A stretch of 36,803 bases of DNA from Candidatus Sumerlaeales bacterium (GTDB taxonomy: Bacteria > Sumerlaeota > Sumerlaeia > Sumerlaeales > Sumerlaeaceae): positions 1-36,803 of the forward strand of contig JBBSQY010000034.1 of the NCBI GenBank assembly GCA_038243585.1. The letters run 5' to 3'. The notes beneath the pieces were generated by a model. The model was given only the letters and a program-made list of their open reading frames with translations, searched no databases and was not told the DNA's origin. Both the position numbers and the translations under genes were made by a program. Positions 1-9,482 of this stretch are shown here, in pieces (the first letter of the stretch is position 1; each line of letters opens with the position of its first letter).

Positions 1-239
1 AGGCGGCGTCCGGTGCGGCCGGGCAGGGGCTGCTCGTGCTGGCGCTGGTATTGCGCGAAGCTGAACTGGTGCATGACGTTGAAGTCGCTGCGGCAGTGGT
101 GGGGCAGGTTTGCGCGAAAGAACTTCTCGGGGTCTGCGGTGTGGCGGAGGAGGTCGGCGGCAGGGAGCACAGGCTCGGCCGGCGGTGGTGGCGGGGGTGT
201 GGTGGTTCGGGTGGTTTTGGTGGTTTTATTAGTCATCAT
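1..239 (-). CDS. 5' part of a gene running off the window; possible phage large terminase N-terminus
   Basis: Not in the ORF track because it has no stop in the window. ATG at 239 (alternative 236) opens MMTNKTTKTTRTTTPPPPPPAEPVLPAADLLRHTADPEKFFRANLPHHCRSDFNVMHQFSFAQYQRQHEQPLPGRTGRR(L). FF..LPHH...MH...GRRL resembles the segment before the APRGxAKST Walker A of Mu gp28-like large terminases. The Walker A itself lies outside the window. Confidence 0.45.
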   Translation of the reverse strand, partial: MMTNKTTKTTRTTTPPPPPPAEPVLPAADLLRHTADPEKFFRANLPHHCRSDFNVMHQFSFAQYQRQHEQPLPGRTGRR

Positions 240-434
240 ACCGGCTGGTTTAGCGCGGCGATTTTGGCCTAGGTATTCCCGCACGGGCACTTAAGGGGGA
301 AAAGAGATAATTACGAATGGAGGGGTCGCTGCGCGACGAGGATATGGGAAAGGAAAATGCTAAACGCAAAGATGCGTGAGGGGCTTAAGGGGCGTAAGGG
401 GAGAAGAAAGAAAAGCTTTTTGTGCTGAGGCGCA

Positions 435-497
435 GAGACGGGAGACGGAAGACGGGAGACGGAAGACGGGAGACGGAAGACGGGAGACGGGAGACGG
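435..497 (+). repeat. Tandem heptamer (RAGACGG)x9
   Basis: Nine consecutive GAGACGG/AAGACGG units read directly from the sequence. Confidence 0.95.
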
Positions 498-522
498 GCT
501 GGTACTTTAGGGGGAAAAAGAT

Positions 523-550
523 AATTACGAATTACAAATTACTAATTACG
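523..550 (+). repeat. Tandem heptamer (AATTACN)x4
   Basis: AATTACG AATTACA AATTACT AATTACG. The first direct-repeat copy has only one such unit (309-315). Confidence 0.9.
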
Positions 551-1135
551 AATGGAGGGGTCGCTGCGCGACGAGGATACGGGTAAATGAAAATGCTAAA
601 GAAAATCTTGCTGCTTCGCAGTAACGCGGAGACGGGGAGGGCGCTTGTCCGATATTTTAATCTCACTAATTTTAAGGATTAGCTACTGGCTACATCGATT
701 TTCTAAATGTCAGTGAAAATGAGGATCCAAACACTTCAGGCCGGTCAGTTGCGATGAACGATTATGATCATGAGTTTAAATACATAATACATTAATTAAT
801 TAACAAGGATGAATAATGCTGTGCCGAGAGTGGCACAGGTCGCTGGTATGGCTCCTGCGTCGAAGAGTGCTTATAGACTTTTAATTCTTAGAATGTAAGC
901 GCCTGCTTGTGCCGGTTCCTACAAAGGCTTCAGGTTTTTTTCCAAAAGCATTTTGTCTAGATTGGCGCCTTTGTATCCAAGGTGTCTTAATTGGGCGACT
1001 ACCTTTTCGGCTTCGTCGAGCTTATCAAGCCTATGCTTCCACGTATAGTAAGGGCTTCATTAAGTGCGTTCATTGACTCGGGAAATTTGTCCGTGGATTA
1101 TGTTCTCAGTAAAAGCGGCGGAGCGTTTCAGAAGC

Positions 1136-2911
1136 TTAGTAGAGTTCCCAGCTCCCTACGGAGGCGGGGAGGGCTTCGTGTTTAAAGTTTTCTATGTAAA
1201 ATCCTTTGGCAAGAGCCGGATCGGTGAAATTGCTGGATACGGCTATGCCGGCGCGTCCGGATGGGCGGCTGCTATCGGTGGCGGTGGCGGCTAGCTCGCC
1301 GTCGAGGTAGTAGCGGATTTCGTCGCCTTCACACTCAATACGGAAATTGTGCCACCCATCTTCTGTGATCGTTTGGGTGGCGAAGGTCTGGATGTTGCCG
1401 GATACGATCTTACCCATAGAGAGTCGGCCGAGATCTGTGGCATAAGCCATGGCGTAGCAGTGGCCGCCGTCGTAGCTTTTAAAATCCCACATGCCTGAGC
1501 CGTTATCCCGGGCAAAGATGCCTCCAGTTTCATCGCCCGGGAATTCTCCGGGAAGATGGTCCAGGTAGATGTCGGCTTCGACTGCGTAGTTGGTGTCGCT
1601 AACATTGCCTACACTGGCAGTTTCATAGCCCGTCGTTTCGTTGGATTCCAAATGCATGACGTAGCCATCGCCGCCGGCGGGCTGTGGGGCAAAGGGGACC
1701 ACGGGATTGTATTTATACATTTCGTCCCAAAGTAGCTGACGACCGGAGACGGGGAAGGAATCGCTGGCAGGAACAAATGAGCTTAGTTTTTTGACGATCA
1801 TGAGGCTGTTGGTAACAGCGCGTTGGACTCCGCCGCTGGGTGTGTTTCGCAGGATACCGTCGGCGATCATTGTTGTGGATCCGCCTCCGTCGAGGTTTAG
1901 GGCGTCAGTGGCTCCGACGGTGTCCTTGAGAAATTCGGCCATCTCCTGGAAGTTCATGCCTACGGATACGCCGGCCTGTCGTCCGTCGATGGCGACGAGG
2001 AAGATATGGGTGGCGTTCCATGCGACGGCGGTCCGGGGCTCGCGCACAGTGCTTGTGCTATGGTTGACCCAGTTAGCGTTATTGATGTCGCCTTTGTCTA
2101 ACAGCCAGCCGCGGCCGGTTATCATGAGGGCGGAGTTGCTGCCGTTGCTGTGATTAATATCCATGCGAACCTCGAGGCGGTCGCCTATGGATACCTTGTT
2201 CAGAAGTTGGGTGGCTTTGGCGTCACGGGCAGAAAGAACAATTTGATCGGCAGCGATGGGGTTGTTTTTGGAGGCCTCGCCGGTGTGTATGGCGGTGACG
2301 ACGCCGGAAACCCATTTGTCTGCCCGGGCGGGGTGATTAACGCCGCTGAGAACGATTTCCACACCAGAGAATGATGTGCGTGTGCCTGATCCCCAATGGG
2401 GCGTGTACATGGCCAGGGTGTCGGCGTTGCGGGTGTCGTTCCAATGATCGATGGGCATGGTGGTTCCGTCGGGAAAGCGTAGTTCCTGTGAAACGGTGCG
2501 GAGGCTGCGGATGATGCGCGGAACGCGGGCATCGGTGAGGAAGAATGTTTCGCGGCTGCCGCCGGGGCCCTGGATGACTTCGTTTTCGCTGCCGACGGCG
2601 TCGTAGATCTGGATGCCGGTGTAATCGAAGAAGCTGCCGTTGACCGCGCCGATAACGTCGAAATCTGGTGGTAAATCGTAGGTGGCTGCAATGGTTTGAA
2701 CGTTCTGACGGGATGTGAAATTACGGGTCTTCTGGGGGAACCCCATGTGTATCATAAGGTCGGGGTTGGAGCGATCCATCTTTAGCACATGAACCTGATT
2801 TGGGTGAACGGTGGTGTAGTTTAAAAACTCTACTCCGTTGGTTAAGGCTTCGGCGTGTAGTAGCCCGCAGTTGGCGATCATAAGAAGCGACATCAGTCGA
2901 AAAAGTTTCAA
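1136..2911 (-). CDS. Secreted phosphodiester glycosidase (NAGPA/DUF2233 family) with C-terminal beta-sandwich domain and VxxWxxY tail
   Basis: Signal peptide (..LLHA-EA). Motifs AVNGSFF, PRTAV, IDGRQ, ALNLDGGGSTTM and RAVTNSL are typical of the NAGPA family. WHNFRIECEGDEIRYYLDG suggests a LamG/DUF1080-like domain. Ends ASVGSWELY. TTG start. Confidence 0.85.
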   Translation of the reverse strand: MKLFRLMSLLMIANCGLLHAEALTNGVEFLNYTTVHPNQVHVLKMDRSNPDLMIHMGFPQKTRNFTSRQNVQTIAATYDLPPDFDVIGAVNGSFFDYTGIQIYDAVGSENEVIQGPGGSRETFFLTDARVPRIIRSLRTVSQELRFPDGTTMPIDHWNDTRNADTLAMYTPHWGSGTRTSFSGVEIVLSGVNHPARADKWVSGVVTAIHTGEASKNNPIAADQIVLSARDAKATQLLNKVSIGDRLEVRMDINHSNGSNSALMITGRGWLLDKGDINNANWVNHSTSTVREPRTAVAWNATHIFLVAIDGRQAGVSVGMNFQEMAEFLKDTVGATDALNLDGGGSTTMIADGILRNTPSGGVQRAVTNSLMIVKKLSSFVPASDSFPVSGRQLLWDEMYKYNPVVPFAPQPAGGDGYVMHLESNETTGYETASVGNVSDTNYAVEADIYLDHLPGEFPGDETGGIFARDNGSGMWDFKSYDGGHCYAMAYATDLGRLSMGKIVSGNIQTFATQTITEDGWHNFRIECEGDEIRYYLDGELAATATDSSRPSGRAGIAVSSNFTDPALAKGFYIENFKHEALPASVGSWELY

Positions 2912-3038
2912 AGCGATACCACCCAGGCTTAGTTGAACTAATTTCCCCCACAGAATGGGAATGCTTGATCTAGGCCCGACGGCGGAAACTATTTCTTAAT
3001 CACTTTAAGAGGGAAGGTTACCGAGTGATTCCAGTATT

Positions 3039-3075
3039 AAAAAAACCGTGGGCCGCACGATGTGCGACCCACGGT
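3039..3075 (-). terminator. Intrinsic terminator downstream of 3132..4886
   Basis: On the minus strand, stem ACCGTGGGTCGCAC-ATC-GTGCGGCCCACGGT followed by T7. Confidence 0.85.
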
Positions 3076-3131
3076 GACTGTCTTTTAGACTTAACGCTTT
3101 GGGCGACTGCCCGGACGTTTGGACGGCTGGG

Positions 3132-4886
3132 TTACTTGAGTTTCAGCACGCCGCGACCTACGGCCGCGCCATTTTCTACCCGGCTAATGGATCCGCCGGC
3201 TTCGATGACTTCCAGCTCTTTAATGTATTTGCTGAGAGACTGTGCCACTGGAATGGCAGCCGTGACTTGCTTCGCTACGTCCCAGATGCGGGACATGTTT
3301 GCGAACTGAACCACGTTTGCGTTGGCGCTGACGTCATGGCCAAGGCCTTTTAGTACGGCGCTGGTCGCAAGGTTTTTGTTGCTGGATTTGGACTGGAGCG
3401 CGTTTTTGATGGAGTCCTTTGAGCTGCCGATGATGAAGTACTCATCCGTGAGCACAAAGGCCGGGGTCAGGCCCGCCATGCTTGGCATTTCCATGAATTT
3501 GATCGTGTGACCATCTACCTTTTCTTCTGAAAAGCCTGTTGCGCTGGTATCGCTGTCGTCTGACTTGGCGGCAATTGCATTGGTGGCCAGGCGCTCAACG
3601 CCACCGACAACCTTCTGCATTTTGGCTTTGTCTTTGACGCCAAGGATGATGGTGGCATCAACGTTGGGGATCAGGGTTTCAAACTTTACGTCGTTCAGAG
3701 CAAAGCCGACCTCGTTTCCGAGAGCGGGAACCAGATCATTTTTAACGGAGAAGCCCATGCCCAGCTCTGCGCCTTTCAGCTTCTCGTCCATGTCAGAACC
3801 GGCCTGTTTGGCGGCGCCGGTGGCCAGCTTGAAAATCGAAGGAGCATCGAAGAGGCTGGTGCCCATGGCTAGCATGGTGTTCTCTGGAACGTAGTTTAAT
3901 ACGCCCAATGGCTTATCGCCGGGGTTCTTAAGCAGAAGGGTTTCGCTGCTGCCCTCTTTAAGGATTCCATAGCTGTAGGAGGAGACTTCTTTCGGAGCAA
4001 ACCGGACGCTTGCACCATAATAGGTGAGGGGGGCGATGTCGTCCATCATGGCTTTGATAGGACCGGTCAGGCTGGCCGGGAGGCTATCAGTACCCTGCAT
4101 GGAGCTGGCCAGAGCCTGGTTGCCATACAGATATAGCTCGCCCTTTTCGGAGGCCAGAGCCGCGTCAATCTTCTTATACTCTTCGGACTGAGCGACGGTT
4201 CCTGCAGCGGGAGAAGTTGCCTTGATCCGATCGATGGCCTGGCGGATGCCGGCATCTTCATTGCCTACTACAAAAAACTCGCCGGCGTTGGCATACACGA
4301 GGTTCGCACCGTCGTCACCCATTTTAAAGCTTTTAATTTTTACGCCCTGGTAATCCGCTTCTACGACGGGTGAAGTATCTGCGTCATCCGCGCCTGTGGT
4401 ACCGGTGGTGTCATCGTCGGACGCAGCAGACTGGGCGGCGGCTTTTTCGCCGAGATCAAGCAGCTTGTTAAGTTTGTCCTGATCAGCAACTTTTAAAACT
4501 CCAACGACGTTGGACTCGGCGCCGTCCTTTGCCGGTTTCATGTAGACGTTAACGGTTGAAAAAATCTTACTGAGGGTCGGTCCGTCGAGCTTAAAGCCCA
4601 GGCTGGTCTCAACGATGGACAGTTCTTTGCGAAAGTTGGCTACTTTGGATTCCACATCCGGCAGCGCCATTATGTTTTTATAAGCGCCATACAAACCATT
4701 GGATTCCCAGGCGGCCCAGAAGGCCGGGGCGTCGGGTACGCTTACGATATAAGCGCTGTCCGTCGGAACCAGATTAGGGTTTGCGACCTCCGCGGATGCC
4801 TGATAAGTGCCAAGCAGTGCGAAGGCGGCGACCGCCGCGCAGGTCGCGCTCGTGCGCCGTGTGCGCCGCAAGTCTACCATTGTCAT
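3132..4886 (-). CDS. Exported protein, DUF3352-like
   Basis: 584-aa ORF with signal peptide (..QASA-E). Two similar halves (LVPTDS../YVPENT.., YQGVKI../VDGHTI.., FFVVGN../YFIIGSS..) as seen in DUF3352 proteins. Confidence 0.6.
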   Translation of the reverse strand: MTMVDLRRTRRTSATCAAVAAFALLGTYQASAEVANPNLVPTDSAYIVSVPDAPAFWAAWESNGLYGAYKNIMALPDVESKVANFRKELSIVETSLGFKLDGPTLSKIFSTVNVYMKPAKDGAESNVVGVLKVADQDKLNKLLDLGEKAAAQSAASDDDTTGTTGADDADTSPVVEADYQGVKIKSFKMGDDGANLVYANAGEFFVVGNEDAGIRQAIDRIKATSPAAGTVAQSEEYKKIDAALASEKGELYLYGNQALASSMQGTDSLPASLTGPIKAMMDDIAPLTYYGASVRFAPKEVSSYSYGILKEGSSETLLLKNPGDKPLGVLNYVPENTMLAMGTSLFDAPSIFKLATGAAKQAGSDMDEKLKGAELGMGFSVKNDLVPALGNEVGFALNDVKFETLIPNVDATIILGVKDKAKMQKVVGGVERLATNAIAAKSDDSDTSATGFSEEKVDGHTIKFMEMPSMAGLTPAFVLTDEYFIIGSSKDSIKNALQSKSSNKNLATSAVLKGLGHDVSANANVVQFANMSRIWDVAKQVTAAIPVAQSLSKYIKELEVIEAGGSISRVENGAAVGRGVLKLK

Positions 4887-5064
4887 TGATGTTTCTCCTG
4901 ATCTGTATTTTTAAGACTCAATGCTTCGTAAGACACGTCCCACGGTTTCCAGTTCCCTGTGCAAGCTCAAAATCCGGAAGTTGTAAAAGTCAGCGGTGCG
5001 GGTTTCCGGCGCGAAACCCCGCCGGCTGAACACACCGTGGGCAACGATGGTAACTATTGGCACC

Positions 5065-6237
5065 ATGAATCATCACAATCTTCTTTCGCCGCGGCGCAAA
5101 TGCCGCGAGGTTAAAGTCGGCCCTTTTGTTATCGGGGGCGACAACCCCATTCGCGTTCAAACCATGACGGCGACTGACACCGCCGACATTGAAACGACGG
5201 TGGCGCAGATTAACGCCCTGGCCGCGGCGGGGTGCGAAATTATGCGTCTGACTGTCGATACTATTAAGGCAGCGGTGGCGCTGCCGGAAATCCGCAGGCG
5301 GGTGAACATTCCCCTGGTGGCGGATATCCATTATAATCACAAACTGGCGCTGGAGGCAGCCCCGTATGTGGATAAAATTCGTATAAATCCCGGCAATATC
5401 GGGAGCGAAGAAAACGTACGGGCGGTTCTGGATCGGGCTAACGAGTTTAACCTGCCTATCCGGGTGGGCGTCAATAATGGTTCACTGGAAAAAGATATTG
5501 CTGTGAGGTACGGAGCCCATATCAGTGAGGGAATCCTTATGCCGCCGGAGGGCGGGTATCCGCCGGAGGCTCTGGTGGACAGCGCACTTCGTAACATTGA
5601 AATCCTGGAAAGCTACGGCTTCACCCGCACGATTATCAGTGTGAAGAGTAGCAACGTGCCGCTAATGGTCAGGGCTTACCGGCTGCTGGCGGAGAAGTGT
5701 GACTATCCGCTGCACCTGGGGGTGACGGAGGCTGGAACGAAGGATAACTCCAACATAAAATCGTCTATAGGGATTGGCAGCCTGTTGCTGGACGGGATCG
5801 GCGATACGCTTCGGGTTTCTATCGCCGCCCGCGCCACTGAGGAAAAAAAGGACGAGGTACGGACTGGGTTTAAGATTCTCCAGGCTCTCGGGCTGCGGCG
5901 GTATGGGGTAGAAGTTGTCGCCTGTCCGACATGCGGGCGCGAGGACGCCGGTTTTGACACAACGAAGATCGCGCTCAAAATTGAAGAGATCAACCAGCTG
6001 CGGACGATGCCTATTAAGATCAGCGTTATGGGATGTTATGTCAACGGTCCGGGTGAAGCTGCGGAGGCGGACATTGGCGTAGTTGCCAGCGGGAAGGCTG
6101 CCAAGATTTTTGTTCGCGGCAAGCTGCTGGATACCCTGGTACCATTTGATCAGGTCATCCCCCGGATTACTGATTTAATAGCGACGTTTGATGCCGAGAA
6201 GGCAAGAGAGGCCGCGGCAGAGACAGCCTCGCTGTAG
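5065..6237 (+). CDS. ispG: (E)-4-hydroxy-3-methylbut-2-enyl-diphosphate synthase
   Basis: PIRVQTMT, PLVADIHY, RINPGNIG, RVGVNNGSL, YPLHLGVTEAG, GIGDTLRVS, CPTCGR and MGCYVNGPGEA. Start placed at ATG 5065 rather than GTG 4996. Confidence 0.97.
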   Translation: MNHHNLLSPRRKCREVKVGPFVIGGDNPIRVQTMTATDTADIETTVAQINALAAAGCEIMRLTVDTIKAAVALPEIRRRVNIPLVADIHYNHKLALEAAPYVDKIRINPGNIGSEENVRAVLDRANEFNLPIRVGVNNGSLEKDIAVRYGAHISEGILMPPEGGYPPEALVDSALRNIEILESYGFTRTIISVKSSNVPLMVRAYRLLAEKCDYPLHLGVTEAGTKDNSNIKSSIGIGSLLLDGIGDTLRVSIAARATEEKKDEVRTGFKILQALGLRRYGVEVVACPTCGREDAGFDTTKIALKIEEINQLRTMPIKISVMGCYVNGPGEAAEADIGVVASGKAAKIFVRGKLLDTLVPFDQVIPRITDLIATFDAEKAREAAAETASL

Positions 6238-6270
6238 CAAGGCACTGACCGCGCGCCCCCCCGCAGGCCG

Positions 6271-8934
6271 TTATGGCAGATAACCACCATCGTCTATCGT
6301 TGGAATTTCCCCTAATAACAACGCCTGGAGACGCACGCGGGCACGGTTTGGGGGAGCCCAAGGAATTACCAGGGTCGGCGATAACCGAAGCGATGCCGGT
6401 TGAGAGATGGCATTGACTCCGAAGGTTATATCGCGATAGGACTGGAGGTCGACGCCTGGGCCCGGTTCATCGAAGAATGGCCCGGTATCTCCTGGCGTAT
6501 CGCGGCGAATGTCTGGGTCCAGCGGGCTTGGCAGCATCATGACATAAGCTCCGCCGTTTTCACCGGGCGGAAAAGGGTAATCAACCAGAAACAGATTTTT
6601 GGAATCTTTTCCCGGCAGAGCTTCTTCCAGAATTCGCCGAGCCGCCGACCCTTCGGCCGCCGCCAGGTTTGCAGGTCCGGCGAGTTCCAGTCGGCTGGTT
6701 ATTACGCCGCCACCGGTTTGCATCTGAAAGCTCATTCCGCCCTGGACGGGCTGTCCGGGCGTTGACGCCACTGCCGGCATATCCGAAGATGCTATAAATA
6801 TAGCGAGATATGACTTGCCTGGTTCAACACGAGGCGCGCTGGTGAAGCTGTCGGCGCCAAAGGAAAACAGTCCGACTCCGGCCTTGTCCGCCGGGGTATT
6901 TAAGGTATCAAGTATGGTCCCATTGTCGTCCATAGTTTCAAATACCTGTGGCAGAAGCGATGCGGAGACTTCTCCTCCAAGGTCTAGGGCCTGTCGGCGC
7001 CCTGCCTGAAAATCGGCCTCTATGTTGAAAGCACCAGGGACCGCCAAGGTATCTATAGTCAGACCATGATTGCTTGTGTAGGTGAAAAAGTCGGCGTCAC
7101 TCGCGTAAGCATATGGATTGGTGGCTGATACTGAGACTTGCGTATATGTAGCAAGCTGGACTTCCGTGAGTGCGAGAGTTCCGTTTGCGGGATCCTCCGT
7201 TGAAAATGCCTCAAAAGACGCGCCTATGCGTGATCCGAAGGCCGCATCCACAATCACCGGACAAAGATCAATCCGATAAAGAGAAGGTAGCGCTGCGTTT
7301 GAGCTGGGGCGCATGGAAGGTCCGACGCGAGCTTCCAAAGATGCATTGTTGGTGGTTCCATAGTATTGCTCATGAGGAACCCCGGTACGTCCGGTGGTTG
7401 CAAACTGGTAGGCTGTAGACGAGATCACGGATCCTTCATTATCTAGACGCAGGCGAAAGTTTGGAACAGTATTAAGCGGCGCGGAAGCAAGATTAGAGGT
7501 ATGGATGTAGAACTTGCCCCGGACAAATAATATATTATCGACGATGGAGGGAAGAGTCATCAGGTTTGAATTGCTCCATCCTGCGATGCGATTGCGCCCG
7601 GGGCTCGGACGCACTGTTACCCGCAACTCATTTGGAACCGCTTCTATATCAATATCATCCGGGGATGAAGGATCAATCCCATACTCAGGACCGCTGTCTA
7701 CGCCCGACGGCACCCAGGCTGGATTCGAGCCAAGGTCTGACTCCTGGTAGGTATCCGCCAACACTGGAAGAGATCCCATGGAAAAAGAAGACGTTCCGTA
7801 GGATTGATCAAGCTTTGTGGCCGAGGCAGAAAAATACATTTCATATTGGTCTGGCAAAGTGTCTGGAAAAGATTTGTCGATAGACGCGGCGCTGAAATTG
7901 TTTGTGGTGACAGTGAGCAGCCCTACAAGGTATTGCGCGTGGCCAGAGCCAGTTGGTGACTTTTTCGGTCCGGCGACAACTTCTATCAGGAACTCTGTCA
8001 GAGGGTCTCCGTAGCTGTTAAGTTCGCCTGTAATATGTATAGAACCGTTGGTACGGGTGACCGTAATCTGTTCTGGCGCTCTCTGTCCGGATTCGAAATA
8101 ATTGGTGCTGTTGTCCATTCCATGATCAATGGCCAACTCGCCTATATTAAAGATTCGGTTGTTTATGATTACAGTATCTTCAGACTCCAGCAGAGCTACG
8201 CCGTCGTCTCCGCAGTTGGCGATAACATTTCCAGTGCCTCCTAAACCAGGTCCTATATAAGTTCTCGTAGTACCGTAGAGTTCAATACCTGATCCCACGC
8301 AAGGCAGGACTCTAACCCCGGAGAAGCCTGTCCCAATTGCGCAATCCTCTATTTTGGTGTTTATGGAATCAATTACTAAAATGCCGGTTTTCTGGTAGCC
8401 GATCAGACACTTTTTAATAAGATTTCCTGTTTTAGGGCCGCCCGGATATCCGATAAAGATGCCCGTTGCCCCGGAAGTAGGCGTGAAGGTTGAGTTTACG
8501 CCAATCCAACAATTTTCGACGACGCAATTGCTGCCCCATATCTTTACATGAACGTCGGTAATATTTTCCGTCAGTGCAAGGCTGCGTAGCTGGATGTTGT
8601 CTCCACTTAAGACAAACGTACCCGATTTATCGATGCCCGCAAGCTTAATAGATATTAGCGGGGTTCCGGAAAAACCGGGCTGGCTTGAACCATCGATAAT
8701 AATGGGTTGGCCGAGAAATGTCCGGCCGGGCAGATAAACATCTACCGGCCCGCTTCCTATAGAGAACCTTATGGTATCGAGGCCCGGATTAATACTAGCC
8801 TGTTGGGTAGCCCAGTACAGGGTGCCGGTTGAGCTAGTGGCGGCGGGGCTTGTTACCGTATAAATGGCCGCCGAAACGGATGCCGGCAGGCAAATCGCTA
8901 AAAGTCCGGCGAACAAGATCGAGCTGTTTCTCAT
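6271..8934 (-). CDS. Large secreted protein: N-terminal right-handed parallel beta-helix region plus unassigned C-terminal domains
   Basis: GGGAG RBS before ATG 8934 (MRNSSILF..VSA-A). GTLYWA..DTIRFSI..IIDGSSQPG..IG..GNVIAN..GV..N.I..LAID pattern typical of surface beta-helix proteins. Confidence 0.7.
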   Translation of the reverse strand: MRNSSILFAGLLAICLPASVSAAIYTVTSPAATSSTGTLYWATQQASINPGLDTIRFSIGSGPVDVYLPGRTFLGQPIIIDGSSQPGFSGTPLISIKLAGIDKSGTFVLSGDNIQLRSLALTENITDVHVKIWGSNCVVENCWIGVNSTFTPTSGATGIFIGYPGGPKTGNLIKKCLIGYQKTGILVIDSINTKIEDCAIGTGFSGVRVLPCVGSGIELYGTTRTYIGPGLGGTGNVIANCGDDGVALLESEDTVIINNRIFNIGELAIDHGMDNSTNYFESGQRAPEQITVTRTNGSIHITGELNSYGDPLTEFLIEVVAGPKKSPTGSGHAQYLVGLLTVTTNNFSAASIDKSFPDTLPDQYEMYFSASATKLDQSYGTSSFSMGSLPVLADTYQESDLGSNPAWVPSGVDSGPEYGIDPSSPDDIDIEAVPNELRVTVRPSPGRNRIAGWSNSNLMTLPSIVDNILFVRGKFYIHTSNLASAPLNTVPNFRLRLDNEGSVISSTAYQFATTGRTGVPHEQYYGTTNNASLEARVGPSMRPSSNAALPSLYRIDLCPVIVDAAFGSRIGASFEAFSTEDPANGTLALTEVQLATYTQVSVSATNPYAYASDADFFTYTSNHGLTIDTLAVPGAFNIEADFQAGRRQALDLGGEVSASLLPQVFETMDDNGTILDTLNTPADKAGVGLFSFGADSFTSAPRVEPGKSYLAIFIASSDMPAVASTPGQPVQGGMSFQMQTGGGVITSRLELAGPANLAAAEGSAARRILEEALPGKDSKNLFLVDYPFPPGENGGAYVMMLPSPLDPDIRRDTPGDTGPFFDEPGPGVDLQSYRDITFGVNAISQPASLRLSPTLVIPWAPPNRARVRLQALLLGEIPTIDDGGYLP

Positions 8935-9380
8935 GGTATATCTCCCAGGCAAGCAATGATTTCGTGTTGATTGTCCCGGACGCAAAGCGAGGGGGGCGTG
9001 ACGCTATAAAGGCCATTGGGTTTTTGGCAGGCGGATTTGGGTGTTAGGCCGACCAGATTGCCTATTTGATATCAGTTCAATGGACTAATATAAATGCCCG
9101 CCTGAGGCGCGGATGGAAGTCAAACAAAAAAAACAGCCGTTTGATTTTTAGTGGAAAGTTACGCAATGCAACAGAAAAAAACAACTAATCGAATGTGAAT
9201 GATTAATGGTGTAAGATTCTGCTTTTTACTGGGTCTGTTGTTGGATAATGTCTCGTGTATCATACGGTGGACGTGCATGTTGTACGGGCGCGGGTTGGGC
9301 CCTGGTCCCTGGATTTGGGACTCTTGGCATCGGATGGCTAAGGATTGTTTTCGTATCGCCATCGTGGATTTGGACCACAC

Positions 9381-9415
9381 GGTAGAGACGAATCGACGAG
9401 CTGTCCCTACCTGGA
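9381..9415. repeat. Degenerate copy of REP-like family B
   Basis: 9387-9415 GACGAATCGACGAGCTGTCCCTACCTGGA matches 29481-29509 at 25/29 positions. The preceding GGTAGAGAC can pair with GTCCCTACC. Confidence 0.7.
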
Positions 9416-9482
9416 ACGTCAGTTGGCGATTGGAAGAAGTGCTATTTGTTCGCTGACATCGTCGGCAAACTTGCGATTTGAC

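Larger units (their letters stand above)
294..600 (+). repeat. Direct repeat, two copies (294-364 and 509-600)
   Basis: Identical 37-bp core TAATTACGAATGGAGGGGTCGCTGCGCGACGAGGATA at 308-344 and 543-579. Similar flanks (AGGGGGAAAA... and ...AAAATGCTAAA). The core contains the mini-hairpin GTCGC-TGC-GCGAC. Confidence 0.95.

Noticed and set aside
13..294. Plus-strand ORFs 13..294 and 36..272
   Set aside because: Shadows of the minus-strand frame starting at 239, with implausible composition.
294..600. 37-bp repeat with an internal hairpin as a CRISPR array
   Set aside because: Only two copies, about 200 bp apart, separated by low-complexity heptamers. No cas genes in the window.
640..1135. AT-rich stretch as a pseudogene or ncRNA
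   Set aside because: No sustained reading frame or recognisable RNA structure found.
2929..2941. Palindrome TTAGTTGAACTAA upstream of the phosphodiester glycosidase as an operator
   Set aside because: Single occurrence with no regulator nearby. Could be chance.
9159..9456. Short ORFs in the intergenic region between the beta-helix gene and msrB
   Set aside because: No recognisable motifs, they overlap each other on opposite strands, and one spans a REP-like element.
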